Shown here: positions 9,767-18,490 of the stretch, one piece after another | Layout: each line of letters starts with the position of its first letter | Position numbering within the stretch: the first letter of the stretch is position 1 | NCBI GenBank assembly: GCA_964495685.1 | Contig: CAZBVQ010000001.1 | Location: 297,521 to 361,520, forward strand | Reading direction: 5' to 3' | DNA length: 64,000 nt | From: an uncultured Candidatus Saccharibacteria bacterium | GTDB lineage: Bacteria > Patescibacteriota > Minisyncoccia > Phycocordibacterales > PALSA-1337 | Position numbers and translations under genes: made by a program | The notes under the pieces: model-generated | The model's database searches: none | What the model was told of the DNA's origin: nothing | The model's input: the letters and a program-made list of their open reading frames with translations, nothing else

Positions 9767-10357
9767 ATGAAACTCACCACATTCCTCATAGGCATCGACG
9801 AAGTCGGTCGTGGCCCTATTGCGGGCCCTGTTGCTGTGGGTGCTTTCGCATTTCTTACCCCTGGAGCAAAGAAACTATTTCGGGGCGTAAAAGAATCCAA
9901 ACAATTGACCGAACAGAAAAGGGAGGAATGGTTTGCACGAATTGAACAGGCGAAAAAAAGTGGTCACGTGGATTTTTGCGTCACATTTCAAAGTGAAAAA
10001 GTTATCGACTCCAAAGGTCTGTCTTATGCTATCAAGACGGCACTCCTTACTTCTTTGTATGCACTAAAAATAAAGCCTGCCTCTGCACGTGTACTTCTCG
10101 ATGGTGGACTCCGGGCACCAGCGAATTATCAGAATCAAAAAACAATCATCAAAGGTGACGAGAAGGAAATGGTGATCGCACTAGCTTCTATTTGTGCCAA
10201 AGTGTTACGAGATAGGAAGATGAATATGCTCGCGAAAAAATATCCGAAATATGGATTCGAGAAACATAAAGGATATGGGACGAAAGGGCATTACGGGGCG
10301 ATAAGGAGGTGTGGACTTCTCAGTACTCATCGTCGCTCATTTTTGCGCGCTTTCTAA
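9767..10357 (+). CDS. rnhB: Ribonuclease HII
   Basis: GIDEVGRGPIAGPV, KGD...ASI.AKV.RD, KHKGYGT, HRRSF. Confidence 0.95.
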   Translation: MKLTTFLIGIDEVGRGPIAGPVAVGAFAFLTPGAKKLFRGVKESKQLTEQKREEWFARIEQAKKSGHVDFCVTFQSEKVIDSKGLSYAIKTALLTSLYALKIKPASARVLLDGGLRAPANYQNQKTIIKGDEKEMVIALASICAKVLRDRKMNMLAKKYPKYGFEKHKGYGTKGHYGAIRRCGLLSTHRRSFLRAF

Positions 10358-10560
10358 CTAATCAGCCCTTGTTTTCGGAGAAGCTCTAGAGCATCCACAG
10401 CTTTGTCCTCCTCTACGTATACACTGGCGGATATATTGGATCGACCACGGGCACTGATGTTCGGAGAATACGAGGCTGGAATGTTGTTGTTCTCCAGAAA
10501 ACCTTTTATGATTGCTGCACTCATTTCATGTGGAGTTGTTGCTATTTGTATTTTACTCAT
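10354..10560 (-). CDS. Small DUF2007-like protein
   Basis: A.IIKG.LE.N.IP ... VYV.E.....A.ELL pattern; the ORF-track extension runs into tRNA-Leu and was trimmed. Confidence 0.6.
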   Translation of the reverse strand: MSKIQIATTPHEMSAAIIKGFLENNNIPASYSPNISARGRSNISASVYVEEDKAVDALELLRKQGLIS

Positions 10561-10583
10561 ACGGTTACTGCATTTAATTTCTG

Positions 10584-10667
10584 TGCCCGGGGTGGGAATC
10601 GAACCCACAAGACCTTGCGGTCGACAAATTTTAAGTCTGTTGCGTCTACCAATTTCGCCACCCGGGC
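10584..10667 (-). tRNA. tRNA-Leu(TAA)
   Basis: GCCCGGG acceptor stem, anticodon loop CTTAAAA, long variable arm, GGTTCGATTCC. Confidence 0.95.
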
Positions 10668-10677
10668 GGATGGATTG

Positions 10678-10749
10678 AGGCCACGGGGAGAATCGAACTC
10701 CCGTATAGCTCTTTTGCAGAGAGCCGAATTACCACTTTTCTACGTGGCC
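10678..10749 (-). tRNA. tRNA-Cys(GCA)
   Basis: GGCCACG acceptor stem, GCTCT-CTGCAAA-AGAGC anticodon arm, U discriminator. Confidence 0.93.
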
Positions 10750-10760
10750 GTATGCCAATC

Positions 10761-11084
10761 CTACACGTTTTTTGATAACTCGTCTATGCGCTGACGATTC
10801 TTTTCGCCGACGTCTATGGCTACTTCAAAGAAGGGGACGTGACCGATTCGTGATTTTTCCATGACATACTGGCGGAATGCGGTCAGTTGTCTGTGTGCGA
10901 AATCCATAACTGCCGGCTCCTGTGTTTCGGGCATGACAGTCATCAGAATGCGGGCCCTTGAGCCCTTGTTGAAAACCTCAACATCAGTGACAGTAATCAA
11001 GGATTGACGATTTGACTCGCGTGAAAAATACTCAGCGGCTAGCTCTCGGAGGATTTCTTTGAGTTTGTTGTCTTTTTGGTTCAT
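10761..11084 (-). CDS. rbfA: Ribosome-binding factor A
   Basis: Directly downstream of infB; ITVTDVEV ... P.F.F..D ... RIDEL pattern. Confidence 0.85.
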   Translation of the reverse strand: MNQKDNKLKEILRELAAEYFSRESNRQSLITVTDVEVFNKGSRARILMTVMPETQEPAVMDFAHRQLTAFRQYVMEKSRIGHVPFFEVAIDVGEKNRQRIDELSKNV

Positions 11085-11115
11085 TTGAATTTGGGATTTG
11101 TCTAGGATTTAGAGT

Positions 11116-12666
11116 TTAGTTTTTCTCAACAGTTCTTACCGCTTCGATACGATCGCCTGGCGCCAGTTCGAATTTGGCTTCGAGCATCATGCCAAACTCA
11201 AATCCTTCACGTACTTCATCAACCGTTTTTTTGGCCTGCTGGAGTCCGCGGATCTTGCCACGACCAATTTCAGCCTCACGGCGCATGATACGAACTTCGT
11301 TGCCACTTTCGATGGCACCACTTTCGACTTTGCCCCCGAGGACCTGCTTATCTTTTTCCTTTGAGAAAAGGGCTAGAATCTTGGCGCGCCCTGTCATTTC
11401 TTCGACATATTCCTTGGGCACCTTTGCCAGGAGCTCATTTTTGACGAACTCAGTCAATTCATAAATAATGTTGAAGTTGTGAACTTTGAGGGGAATAGGG
11501 GATCGTTCAACGATCGCGGAAGCTTTTTTCTCTGCGGGTGCATTGAATCCAATCACATAAATACTTGGGTCACCAATGGCTACCTTAATGTCATTTTCAT
11601 TGATGTCGCCGATACCTTCGGAGACAATCTTGAGCTGCACTTTGTCGTGAGTAATCTTGCGCAATTCATGCTTGATACCATCGAGACTGCCGATGACGTC
11701 AGCTTTGATGATGATTGGCATGCTGACGACCTGAGGAGCATCTTCAGTATCTGTGGATGATTGTACGGGGTGGCGTGCGGGAGCATTGCGTGCAAGTTCC
11801 TTGAATTCAGCACGATGTTTGTCTGCCAGTTTTTCCGCCTCTTTCTTGCTGGTAGTTGTTGTAAATTCGATACCACAGGCCGGCACCTCATTCCAGCCAA
11901 GAATACGTATCGGCATTGAAGCGGTGGCTGTCTCAATCTTGTCACCCTTGAAGTTCTCGATGAAACGGACTGGCGTGAAGCTTGTCCCTGCTACGACGAA
12001 TGAGCCGACTGATACGGTGCCATCCTTGATGAGGAGGGTGGCAGAAATTCCTTTGCGTGTGTCGAGGGCAGTCTCGATGATGGCACCAGTAGCCGTGGCG
12101 GAAGTGTCGGTTTTGAGGTCCGCAAGCTCGGCGACCAACATGACCATGTCGAGCAATTCGGGTACGCCTTCACCGCTGACGGAAGAAATCGAGACACAAG
12201 GAACATCGCCGCCCCAGCCCTCGACATATATCTCGTGTTCACCGAGACTTTGCTTGGTACGCTCGACGTTGGCGTTCGGCTTGTCGATCTTGGTAATAGC
12301 GACCACGAAAGGAATCTTGGAATTCTTGATGACGTTGTAGGCTTCGATGGTTTGTGGTTTGACGCCGTCCTCGGCAGAAACTATCAATATGGCAATGTCG
12401 GCCACCTGTGCGCTGCGTTCGCGGATACCACAAAATGCGGCGTGACCGGGTGTGTCGAGAAAGGTGAGAGCAGTCTTTGTGCCTTCGGCTGAGACGTGCT
12501 CGACTTGGTAAGCACCCATGTGCTGAGTAATGCCACCCGCCTCACCGGCGACTACGTTGGCTTTGCGGATGTAATCGAGCAGGGTAGATTTGCCATGGTC
12601 AATATGACCCATCACGGCAATGACAGGGGGGCGCACCATCAGATTGTGCTGAGTCTTTGTGGGCAT
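11116..12666 (-). CDS. infB: Translation initiation factor IF-2 (short form, no N-terminal domain)
   Basis: RPPVIAVMGHIDHGKSTLLD, EAGGITQH, DTPGH, IIKADVIGS. Confidence 0.97.
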   Translation of the reverse strand: MPTKTQHNLMVRPPVIAVMGHIDHGKSTLLDYIRKANVVAGEAGGITQHMGAYQVEHVSAEGTKTALTFLDTPGHAAFCGIRERSAQVADIAILIVSAEDGVKPQTIEAYNVIKNSKIPFVVAITKIDKPNANVERTKQSLGEHEIYVEGWGGDVPCVSISSVSGEGVPELLDMVMLVAELADLKTDTSATATGAIIETALDTRKGISATLLIKDGTVSVGSFVVAGTSFTPVRFIENFKGDKIETATASMPIRILGWNEVPACGIEFTTTTSKKEAEKLADKHRAEFKELARNAPARHPVQSSTDTEDAPQVVSMPIIIKADVIGSLDGIKHELRKITHDKVQLKIVSEGIGDINENDIKVAIGDPSIYVIGFNAPAEKKASAIVERSPIPLKVHNFNIIYELTEFVKNELLAKVPKEYVEEMTGRAKILALFSKEKDKQVLGGKVESGAIESGNEVRIMRREAEIGRGKIRGLQQAKKTVDEVREGFEFGMMLEAKFELAPGDRIEAVRTVEKN

Positions 12667-12806
12667 ATGAGTTCGAGCGCTCAGTGTAGCAGAAAAAAGG
12701 GTGGTTGACAATGAGAGTTTCATTGTGGTCATATTTCGTTCTTTTTGAACACGATACGCAGAAGTATCAGAGAACACGGTTAGGTGCTATAATCAGCCCG
12801 CATCAT

Positions 12807-13508
12807 ATGAAATTCTATACCATCGCGCCGCTTATTCTTCAGAAATGCATTTGGATTCCCTGCAGGATTGTGTTCACTCTTTTCGGTCATCTCGAAGTGC
12901 GTGGTCTTGAGAATCTGAAAGGGATAAAAAGCAATGTTATTTTTGCCACAAATCACGCGAGCGAGCTTGATCCGTTTCTAGTGCCCACATCATTGCCTTT
13001 TTTTTCACGATTTTCACCCCTGTTTTATATCACCCGAGAAAAATCATTTTATGATGGCAATGGGTGGCGTCAGCACCTGTTCGGCGGTCTCTTCATAAAT
13101 GCGTGGGGTGGCTATAGTGCTCGCACAGGTCTCCATGATTATCATCGTTCCTTGGTCGAGCATGAACAAATACTGCGTGACGGTGAAAGTTTTTGTGTCT
13201 TCCCTGAAGGTCGTCGTACGCCTGATGGCACATTACAGCCAGGTAAAGGGGGTATTACATTTTTGGCAGAACAGGGGAGGGTGCCGATCATTCCTGTGGG
13301 TTTTTCGGGGACGTATCATTCTCCGGCAAAAGATTTTTTTAGAGGACGAAAACATATTACAGTGACGTTCGGGGTTCCTATATACCAAGAAGAGTTGAAA
13401 CGGCTAGTCCCTCGGGCCACAGTTCCAGGCACCAATGTTTACAAAGAGGAGTCTGCTTATGTGATGAAAAAAATTGCTGAGATATTGGATGTTCAGTCCT
13501 CGGCTTAG
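12807..13508 (+). CDS. Lysophospholipid acyltransferase (PlsC family)
   Basis: NHASELD (HX4D), FPEGRR, PIIPVG motifs. Confidence 0.85.
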   Translation: MKFYTIAPLILQKCIWIPCRIVFTLFGHLEVRGLENLKGIKSNVIFATNHASELDPFLVPTSLPFFSRFSPLFYITREKSFYDGNGWRQHLFGGLFINAWGGYSARTGLHDYHRSLVEHEQILRDGESFCVFPEGRRTPDGTLQPGKGGITFLAEQGRVPIIPVGFSGTYHSPAKDFFRGRKHITVTFGVPIYQEELKRLVPRATVPGTNVYKEESAYVMKKIAEILDVQSSA

Positions 13509-13538
13509 CATAGTCGGACAGTGGCAAGCTCGTTACTA

Positions 13539-14441
13539 TTAGAGGGTATCTTTCGTATACATACGTGCCAACTCTTGGTTCAAGGAAGCCATCTTTTCTC
13601 TCTGGTGCATCTCATGAATGGCGCTACGAATAAGGGTTACCCCGAATACGACAGTGATAATCAAGAATCCGGCTCCAGTAAGGACTTCACGTGGGGTAGA
13701 GGATAATAAGATGCGGATGAGGATGGTGAGCCAGAGGGCGAATATGACAAGCTCGATAGTGAGAATGCGGATATTGAACAGGTGATGTTTCGTTATTGTA
13801 TACGTAATAAATACTAGGAATATGAGAAAACCCAAACTGTCTAACATTCCAGGAACTGGTATGGAGAAAAATGGAATTACAAAAGTCGTTAGGCCTGAAG
13901 CTATCAATGCTACTACAGTGCCCATTAAGATATATTTAAGTTGCGTCTTTTTAATTACGTTGTTTGCATTTTTTTGTCCCATGTAAAGATCTCTGATAAT
14001 CATTATTGCGTAGACTAAATAAAATATCGAATAAACGTATAAGCCGAGGGCAATATTATCGGTGGTTATATTTATGTCATAGACAGGAATAAATAATTTC
14101 ATCATGAATCCCTCTTTGAAACATAAAATCGCAAACACTAATCCGGTAGAGTAAATGGCGGTAGATTTTTTCCATGTTAACTTTTGGCCTACCAGCGTTT
14201 TTGTCCACACTAGCCCTGTTGATATTATGATCGCACCAAATGCGTACGAGGATATAAACCAGTATGCCGAATGCAGGATATGGGACATGAGTTCGGCGAA
14301 TGTCCACATTGCCGCCAAGATACTTAATAACGAAAATAATCGGCCGGTTAGGTCTTTCCTGTTTTGGGACAAAACAAAAACGCTTATTAACGTGTCACAA
14401 AAAATTATGATAACTAATAGGATGTTTATTAATTGTGTCAT
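13539..14441 (-). CDS. Multi-TM sensor protein (HisKA_7TM-like) lacking a kinase domain
   Basis: Paralogous to the sensor half of 15864-17486 (QLKYI..G, Y.I.K..LF.I, LIRS...E...REK); stops just before the H-box position. Confidence 0.75.
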   Translation of the reverse strand: MTQLINILLVIIIFCDTLISVFVLSQNRKDLTGRLFSLLSILAAMWTFAELMSHILHSAYWFISSYAFGAIIISTGLVWTKTLVGQKLTWKKSTAIYSTGLVFAILCFKEGFMMKLFIPVYDINITTDNIALGLYVYSIFYLVYAIMIIRDLYMGQKNANNVIKKTQLKYILMGTVVALIASGLTTFVIPFFSIPVPGMLDSLGFLIFLVFITYTITKHHLFNIRILTIELVIFALWLTILIRILLSSTPREVLTGAGFLIITVVFGVTLIRSAIHEMHQREKMASLNQELARMYTKDTL

Positions 14442-14450
14442 AGGCGTGTG

Positions 14451-14459
14451 TGTGGATAA
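14451..14459 (-). promoter_or_regulatory. Perfect DnaA box in a 49-bp divergent promoter
   Basis: TGTGGATAA equals TTATCCACA on the minus strand. Confidence 0.45.
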
Positions 14460-14490
14460 GGATACTTCTTTTGGTATATAATGTACACAT

Positions 14491-14883
14491 ATGATGCACT
14501 TCGGAGAACATTTAATGATTGATGGTTACGAAGCATCTTGCGGGTCTCTCGATAATCGGACGCTTGTTTTTGAGGTGCTCGATAAGTTGCCGGAAGAAAT
14601 GGGAATGAAGAAACTCTCTCCGCCCCAGGTTTTTTGGGCACCAGCAATAAGTAAAAAAGATTCTGGTGGATGGAGTGGTTTTGTGGTGATTCAAGAAAGC
14701 CACATAAGTATTCACACGTTTCCTCGACGTGGTTTCATTAGTGCAGACATATATACTTGTCAGAATAATATGGATACAGAAAAGGTTCAGAAATATCTCC
14801 GGAAAGCGTTCAGTATTAAGGATATGGAAATTAATTTCGTCAAACGGGGGACGAAATATCCAGAAAAAGACCTATATTCATAG
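14491..14883 (+). CDS. Pyruvoyl-dependent S-adenosylmethionine decarboxylase family proenzyme (SpeD/SpeH class 1B)
   Basis: GEHLMIDGY, GGWSGFVVIQ-ESH-ISIHTFP self-cleavage site, ADIYTC. Confidence 0.9.
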   Translation: MMHFGEHLMIDGYEASCGSLDNRTLVFEVLDKLPEEMGMKKLSPPQVFWAPAISKKDSGGWSGFVVIQESHISIHTFPRRGFISADIYTCQNNMDTEKVQKYLRKAFSIKDMEINFVKRGTKYPEKDLYS

Positions 14884-14917
14884 TGGGTAATATACTAAAG
14901 ATAATGGGGGTGGTACA

Positions 14918-15862
14918 ATGGGTCCTATAAAGATCATCTCGATGGACCAATTTTTTTTAGCTATACATGATATCAGTGATAAGTTAGCGCAAACTTATAA
15001 TTTAGATGTCGGGGCCTTCTTTTGGATTTACGTTACTTCAATTGGACCAATTTATGTCGGTGTTTTTCTTATACTTCGTGGGAGCACGCGTAAACTAACT
15101 TGGCGGGATATCTTTAAGTTTCAGTTAGGAGATGGTTTTCAGTTTACAAATCAGACCTGGTTAGGGCTTGCTATTCATGTGTTTGGATGGCTCATGCCCT
15201 ACCTTTACATATTTGTGTACGGTAAGAATCTTCCTGCGTGGTCATATGTTGTCGTTATTATAATTGTAGGGATCTCATTCTTGACCTTGATTAAGAAGAT
15301 GAATCATCGTAAGAAAAAAGTTATTACACAAGGATTAGATATAGTGAAGATGACGATGATCAATGATTCAGTAAAGGGCGACATTCTTTGGGAGATATAT
15401 GATAAGACCTTTGAACCTGTCAATGAGATTAGTCCTTGTAGGCAGAGTCTTGACAGGGATCACTTTTTCGAGATTTTGACCAATTTGACTGTTACTAAGT
15501 ATCTTTTAATAAAAGAAGGCGTTGGTATTATCGGACTTGCATTAATCACTAACGATCTCAAGAATACTCAGTGGATTAGTCCTGATTATTTCCGTGTAAA
15601 TTTTCCTAGTGAATATCAAAAGAATCTGGTCTATTATTTCATGGGTATTGCTATAAAAAATGAATTTAGAGGAAATAGGTATTCTATTTTGCTTATAGAA
15701 CGAGTTATTGACGATTTGCCCAAGGAAGCCATTATGGGTTTTGATCACTCCAAAAATATTAATCCAATGCTTCATCACTTTACGCAAATAGTCCGTCAAG
15801 CACAAGAGATCAAAAGGAAGCACATTGATCGGCAACATTACCATATTGTTTCTCGAAAATAA
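14918..15862 (+). CDS. Membrane-anchored GNAT-like protein (about 3 TM helices plus acyltransferase-like domain)
   Basis: Hydrophobic N-terminal third; C-terminal YF.GIAI..EFRG.RY resembling GNAT motif A, WISPDYF. Confidence 0.6.
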   Translation: MGPIKIISMDQFFLAIHDISDKLAQTYNLDVGAFFWIYVTSIGPIYVGVFLILRGSTRKLTWRDIFKFQLGDGFQFTNQTWLGLAIHVFGWLMPYLYIFVYGKNLPAWSYVVVIIIVGISFLTLIKKMNHRKKKVITQGLDIVKMTMINDSVKGDILWEIYDKTFEPVNEISPCRQSLDRDHFFEILTNLTVTKYLLIKEGVGIIGLALITNDLKNTQWISPDYFRVNFPSEYQKNLVYYFMGIAIKNEFRGNRYSILLIERVIDDLPKEAIMGFDHSKNINPMLHHFTQIVRQAQEIKRKHIDRQHYHIVSRK

Positions 15863-15863
15863 C

Positions 15864-17486
15864 ATGTTGTTCAGTAATATTTTTTCAGTTACAACTCTGA
15901 CGCTAAGTTTTTTGTTAGGGTTTTACGTGTACTTAAATGATAGTAAAAATAGAATTAATCAATCATTCATTTTTCTAACTTTTGGAGCAATGATGTGGAT
16001 ATTTGCTAATCTGATGACGGATATTTCTAATGACCTTGCGTTTGTGGATCTGTGGAGCAAGGTTACCATGATAGGCCCTATATTCTTTTCGTACTTCTTC
16101 TATAGACTTTCACTATATTTTCCGAAAGAAAAGATACAAATAAAAAAGAAGCAGCATGAACTCGTTCTTACAATTTTGACGGCGATATTTCTTGTCCTTA
16201 TTCCAACTCGTCTCAATATAAGGAATGTCTATATTGGAGGGAATGGTTTTCCTGAAATTGTAGCCGGGCCTTTGTATATATTTGCCCTGGCTTTTTTTCT
16301 GTATCTAATCATCACGGCACTCAGAAATATTTTTTCTGGCTACAAAAACTTTGACTCGCTCCAACGTCGTCAGGTTCAATATATATCGTTCGGATTGGGA
16401 TTTTTCGTCTTTTTGGGTTCAATGACGAATGCAGTTTTACCCGTCCTAGGAAATTCTCAATTAGTTAATTTTGGACCATATTCTATAATTATATTTATTA
16501 TTTTTACTTCCTACGCGATCATAAGGTTCAAGATGTTTGATATCAAAGTCGTTGTCACGCAATTACTAGTCTATACTTTGTGGATATTTGTTCTAATAAG
16601 AGTTTTGTTGAGTGAAACGGCTCAGGACGGATATACGAATGGGGTCCTTCTCGTCCTCTTAGTCATCACCGGCATCTTCCTTATCCGATCAGTCCTTAAG
16701 GAAGTGGAAACTCGCGAAAAAATCGAACTTCTCGCCACTGACCTCCAGAAAGCCAATGACCGACTCACTGAGCTCGATCGTCAGAAGTCGGAGTTCGTGT
16801 CGTTCGCTACTCATCAGCTCCGTGCACCACTGACCGCTATGAAGGGCTACGCCTCTCTCATTCTCGAAGGGGATATGGGTCAAGTCGCTCCTCAAGCCAA
16901 GGATGCCGTCGGCAGAATATTCGAATCCACCAACACACTGACCAATATCGTTGATGATTACTTGAATGTCACACGCATCGAATTGGGCACCATGAAATAC
17001 GCTTTCGAGACCATGGATTTGAAGACACTTATCGAAGATGTTATCGCCGAACTCAAACCGAATATCGACAAGGCGACAGGTGTCAAATTCATATTTGGTG
17101 CTGAAGATATACATGGAGATTATCGTATCACTGCTGATCGCGACAAACTCAAGCAGGTGATCGCTAATCTCATCGATAACTCAATCAAATATACTCCGAA
17201 GGGATCTGTCGGTGTTTCACTGTCGTTCAATCGCAGCAAGCACAAGTTCATCTTCATGCTCAAGGATACAGGCATCGGTATTGCGCCAGAAACATTGCCG
17301 CATCTGTTCAACAAGTTTACTCGTGCAGGCAACGCAAACAAGACCAATATCAAAGGTACCGGTCTTGGCCTATTCGTGGCAAAAGAAATTATTACGGCAC
17401 ACCATGGTGTTATTCGTGCCGAATCAGAAGGGGAAGGGAAGGGTTCGACATTTATTGTGGAGTTGGAGCCATTTGCGAAAGTATAG
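15864..17486 (+). CDS. Sensor histidine kinase with N-terminal 7TM-type sensor
   Basis: FATHQLRAPLT H-box, NLIDNSIKYT N-box, DTGIGI, GTGLGL; starts 1 nt after the GNAT stop. Confidence 0.95.
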   Translation: MLFSNIFSVTTLTLSFLLGFYVYLNDSKNRINQSFIFLTFGAMMWIFANLMTDISNDLAFVDLWSKVTMIGPIFFSYFFYRLSLYFPKEKIQIKKKQHELVLTILTAIFLVLIPTRLNIRNVYIGGNGFPEIVAGPLYIFALAFFLYLIITALRNIFSGYKNFDSLQRRQVQYISFGLGFFVFLGSMTNAVLPVLGNSQLVNFGPYSIIIFIIFTSYAIIRFKMFDIKVVVTQLLVYTLWIFVLIRVLLSETAQDGYTNGVLLVLLVITGIFLIRSVLKEVETREKIELLATDLQKANDRLTELDRQKSEFVSFATHQLRAPLTAMKGYASLILEGDMGQVAPQAKDAVGRIFESTNTLTNIVDDYLNVTRIELGTMKYAFETMDLKTLIEDVIAELKPNIDKATGVKFIFGAEDIHGDYRITADRDKLKQVIANLIDNSIKYTPKGSVGVSLSFNRSKHKFIFMLKDTGIGIAPETLPHLFNKFTRAGNANKTNIKGTGLGLFVAKEIITAHHGVIRAESEGEGKGSTFIVELEPFAKV

Positions 17487-17490
17487 CTAC

Positions 17491-17511
17491 ATTCTAGGCC
17501 GGGCCTAGAAT
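17491..17511. repeat. Palindrome ATTCTAGGC-CGG-GCCTAGAAT
   Basis: Copy of the short palindrome family just after the kinase stop. Confidence 0.75.
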
Positions 17512-17568
17512 AAAAAGCGGAGTGGTCACCTCGAGGGTGTCCACTCCATTGCTTTGGTGATCTGGATG

Positions 17569-17841
17569 CTAGAGATCACTATCGGGAAGGCCGCCTGCCC
17601 ATGCGGGACGATCTCTCCAAGTCTTCTTCCGCGGCTGAGATCTCGGTATCTCAGACACAGGCGGAAGCTTCTTGAAGTTCAGCCTCATCTGGAACCCAAC
17701 GTGGTTGCCAGGAGTACCTACGGGAATACTGACTCGTTGCCCCGTGGTAACTTCGGTGGGCTGTACATCCGAAGAGGGCTCCTTACCGTTGAGAGATGCG
17801 TATATTCTAGCGAATGACGCAAGTCCTTTTTCGAGAGTCAT
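17569..17841 (-). CDS. Hypothetical protein (orphan cassette)
   Basis: Minus-strand TTGACT-17-TATAAT promoter near 17927-17899, GGAGG before ATG, hairpin at 17518-17548. Confidence 0.55.
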   Translation of the reverse strand: MTLEKGLASFARIYASLNGKEPSSDVQPTEVTTGQRVSIPVGTPGNHVGFQMRLNFKKLPPVSEIPRSQPRKKTWRDRPAWAGGLPDSDL

Positions 17842-18012
17842 TTGTTCCTCCGGCTGTAATGTGCCATGTCCACCTCGGACTACGCACGTTCGAATATCAT
17901 TATATCACCTAAAATAGAGAAAGTCAATGCGTCGCAGTCAAACATACAAAAAATGGCCCAAATGCGACCCATTTTGGGTGCCTGTGGATAACTTTTTATG
18001 GGGGCAGGGGAG

Positions 18013-18474
18013 TTAGGCTTTGAGTTCTTCCTCTATGACCGCTTTGACATCGGCACCATCGGCCTTGCCGGCCAATTCTTTCATAATTACTCCCGTCAGT
18101 TTGCCGCCAGCTTTGGGGTCGAATGTGCCAGCCGACCTCAGCGCCTCGAATCGTGCACGGACGACAGTGCGTATCTCTTCCCTAGCCATCATAGTCGGCA
18201 GGAATGAGTTGAGGATGACGAGCTCGGCTTTCTCCTTGTCAGCAAGATCGGCTCGACCTCCCTTTTCGAATTGTTCGATCGAGTCCTTGCGTTGTTTGGC
18301 ACTGCGCTTGATCAGAGCGAGGACCTTCTCGTCTGGTAGGACTTCCCCAGTGAATCCGCTCGCGATGATCTCATTGGTACAGAGTGCATTGAGACCACGA
18401 AGCACTTCGAGGCGTAATGTATCCTTGGCGCGTAGAGCGTCCTTGATGCCGTCTTTGATGGTGGTATGTAACAT
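18013..18474 (-). CDS. GatB/YqeY domain protein
   Basis: K.A.RAKD..RL, KQRKDSIEQF..GGR.DLA.KE..E, GKADG. Confidence 0.9.
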   Translation of the reverse strand: MLHTTIKDGIKDALRAKDTLRLEVLRGLNALCTNEIIASGFTGEVLPDEKVLALIKRSAKQRKDSIEQFEKGGRADLADKEKAELVILNSFLPTMMAREEIRTVVRARFEALRSAGTFDPKAGGKLTGVIMKELAGKADGADVKAVIEEELKA

Positions 18475-18490
18475 GGTGATGGGGAGATGA

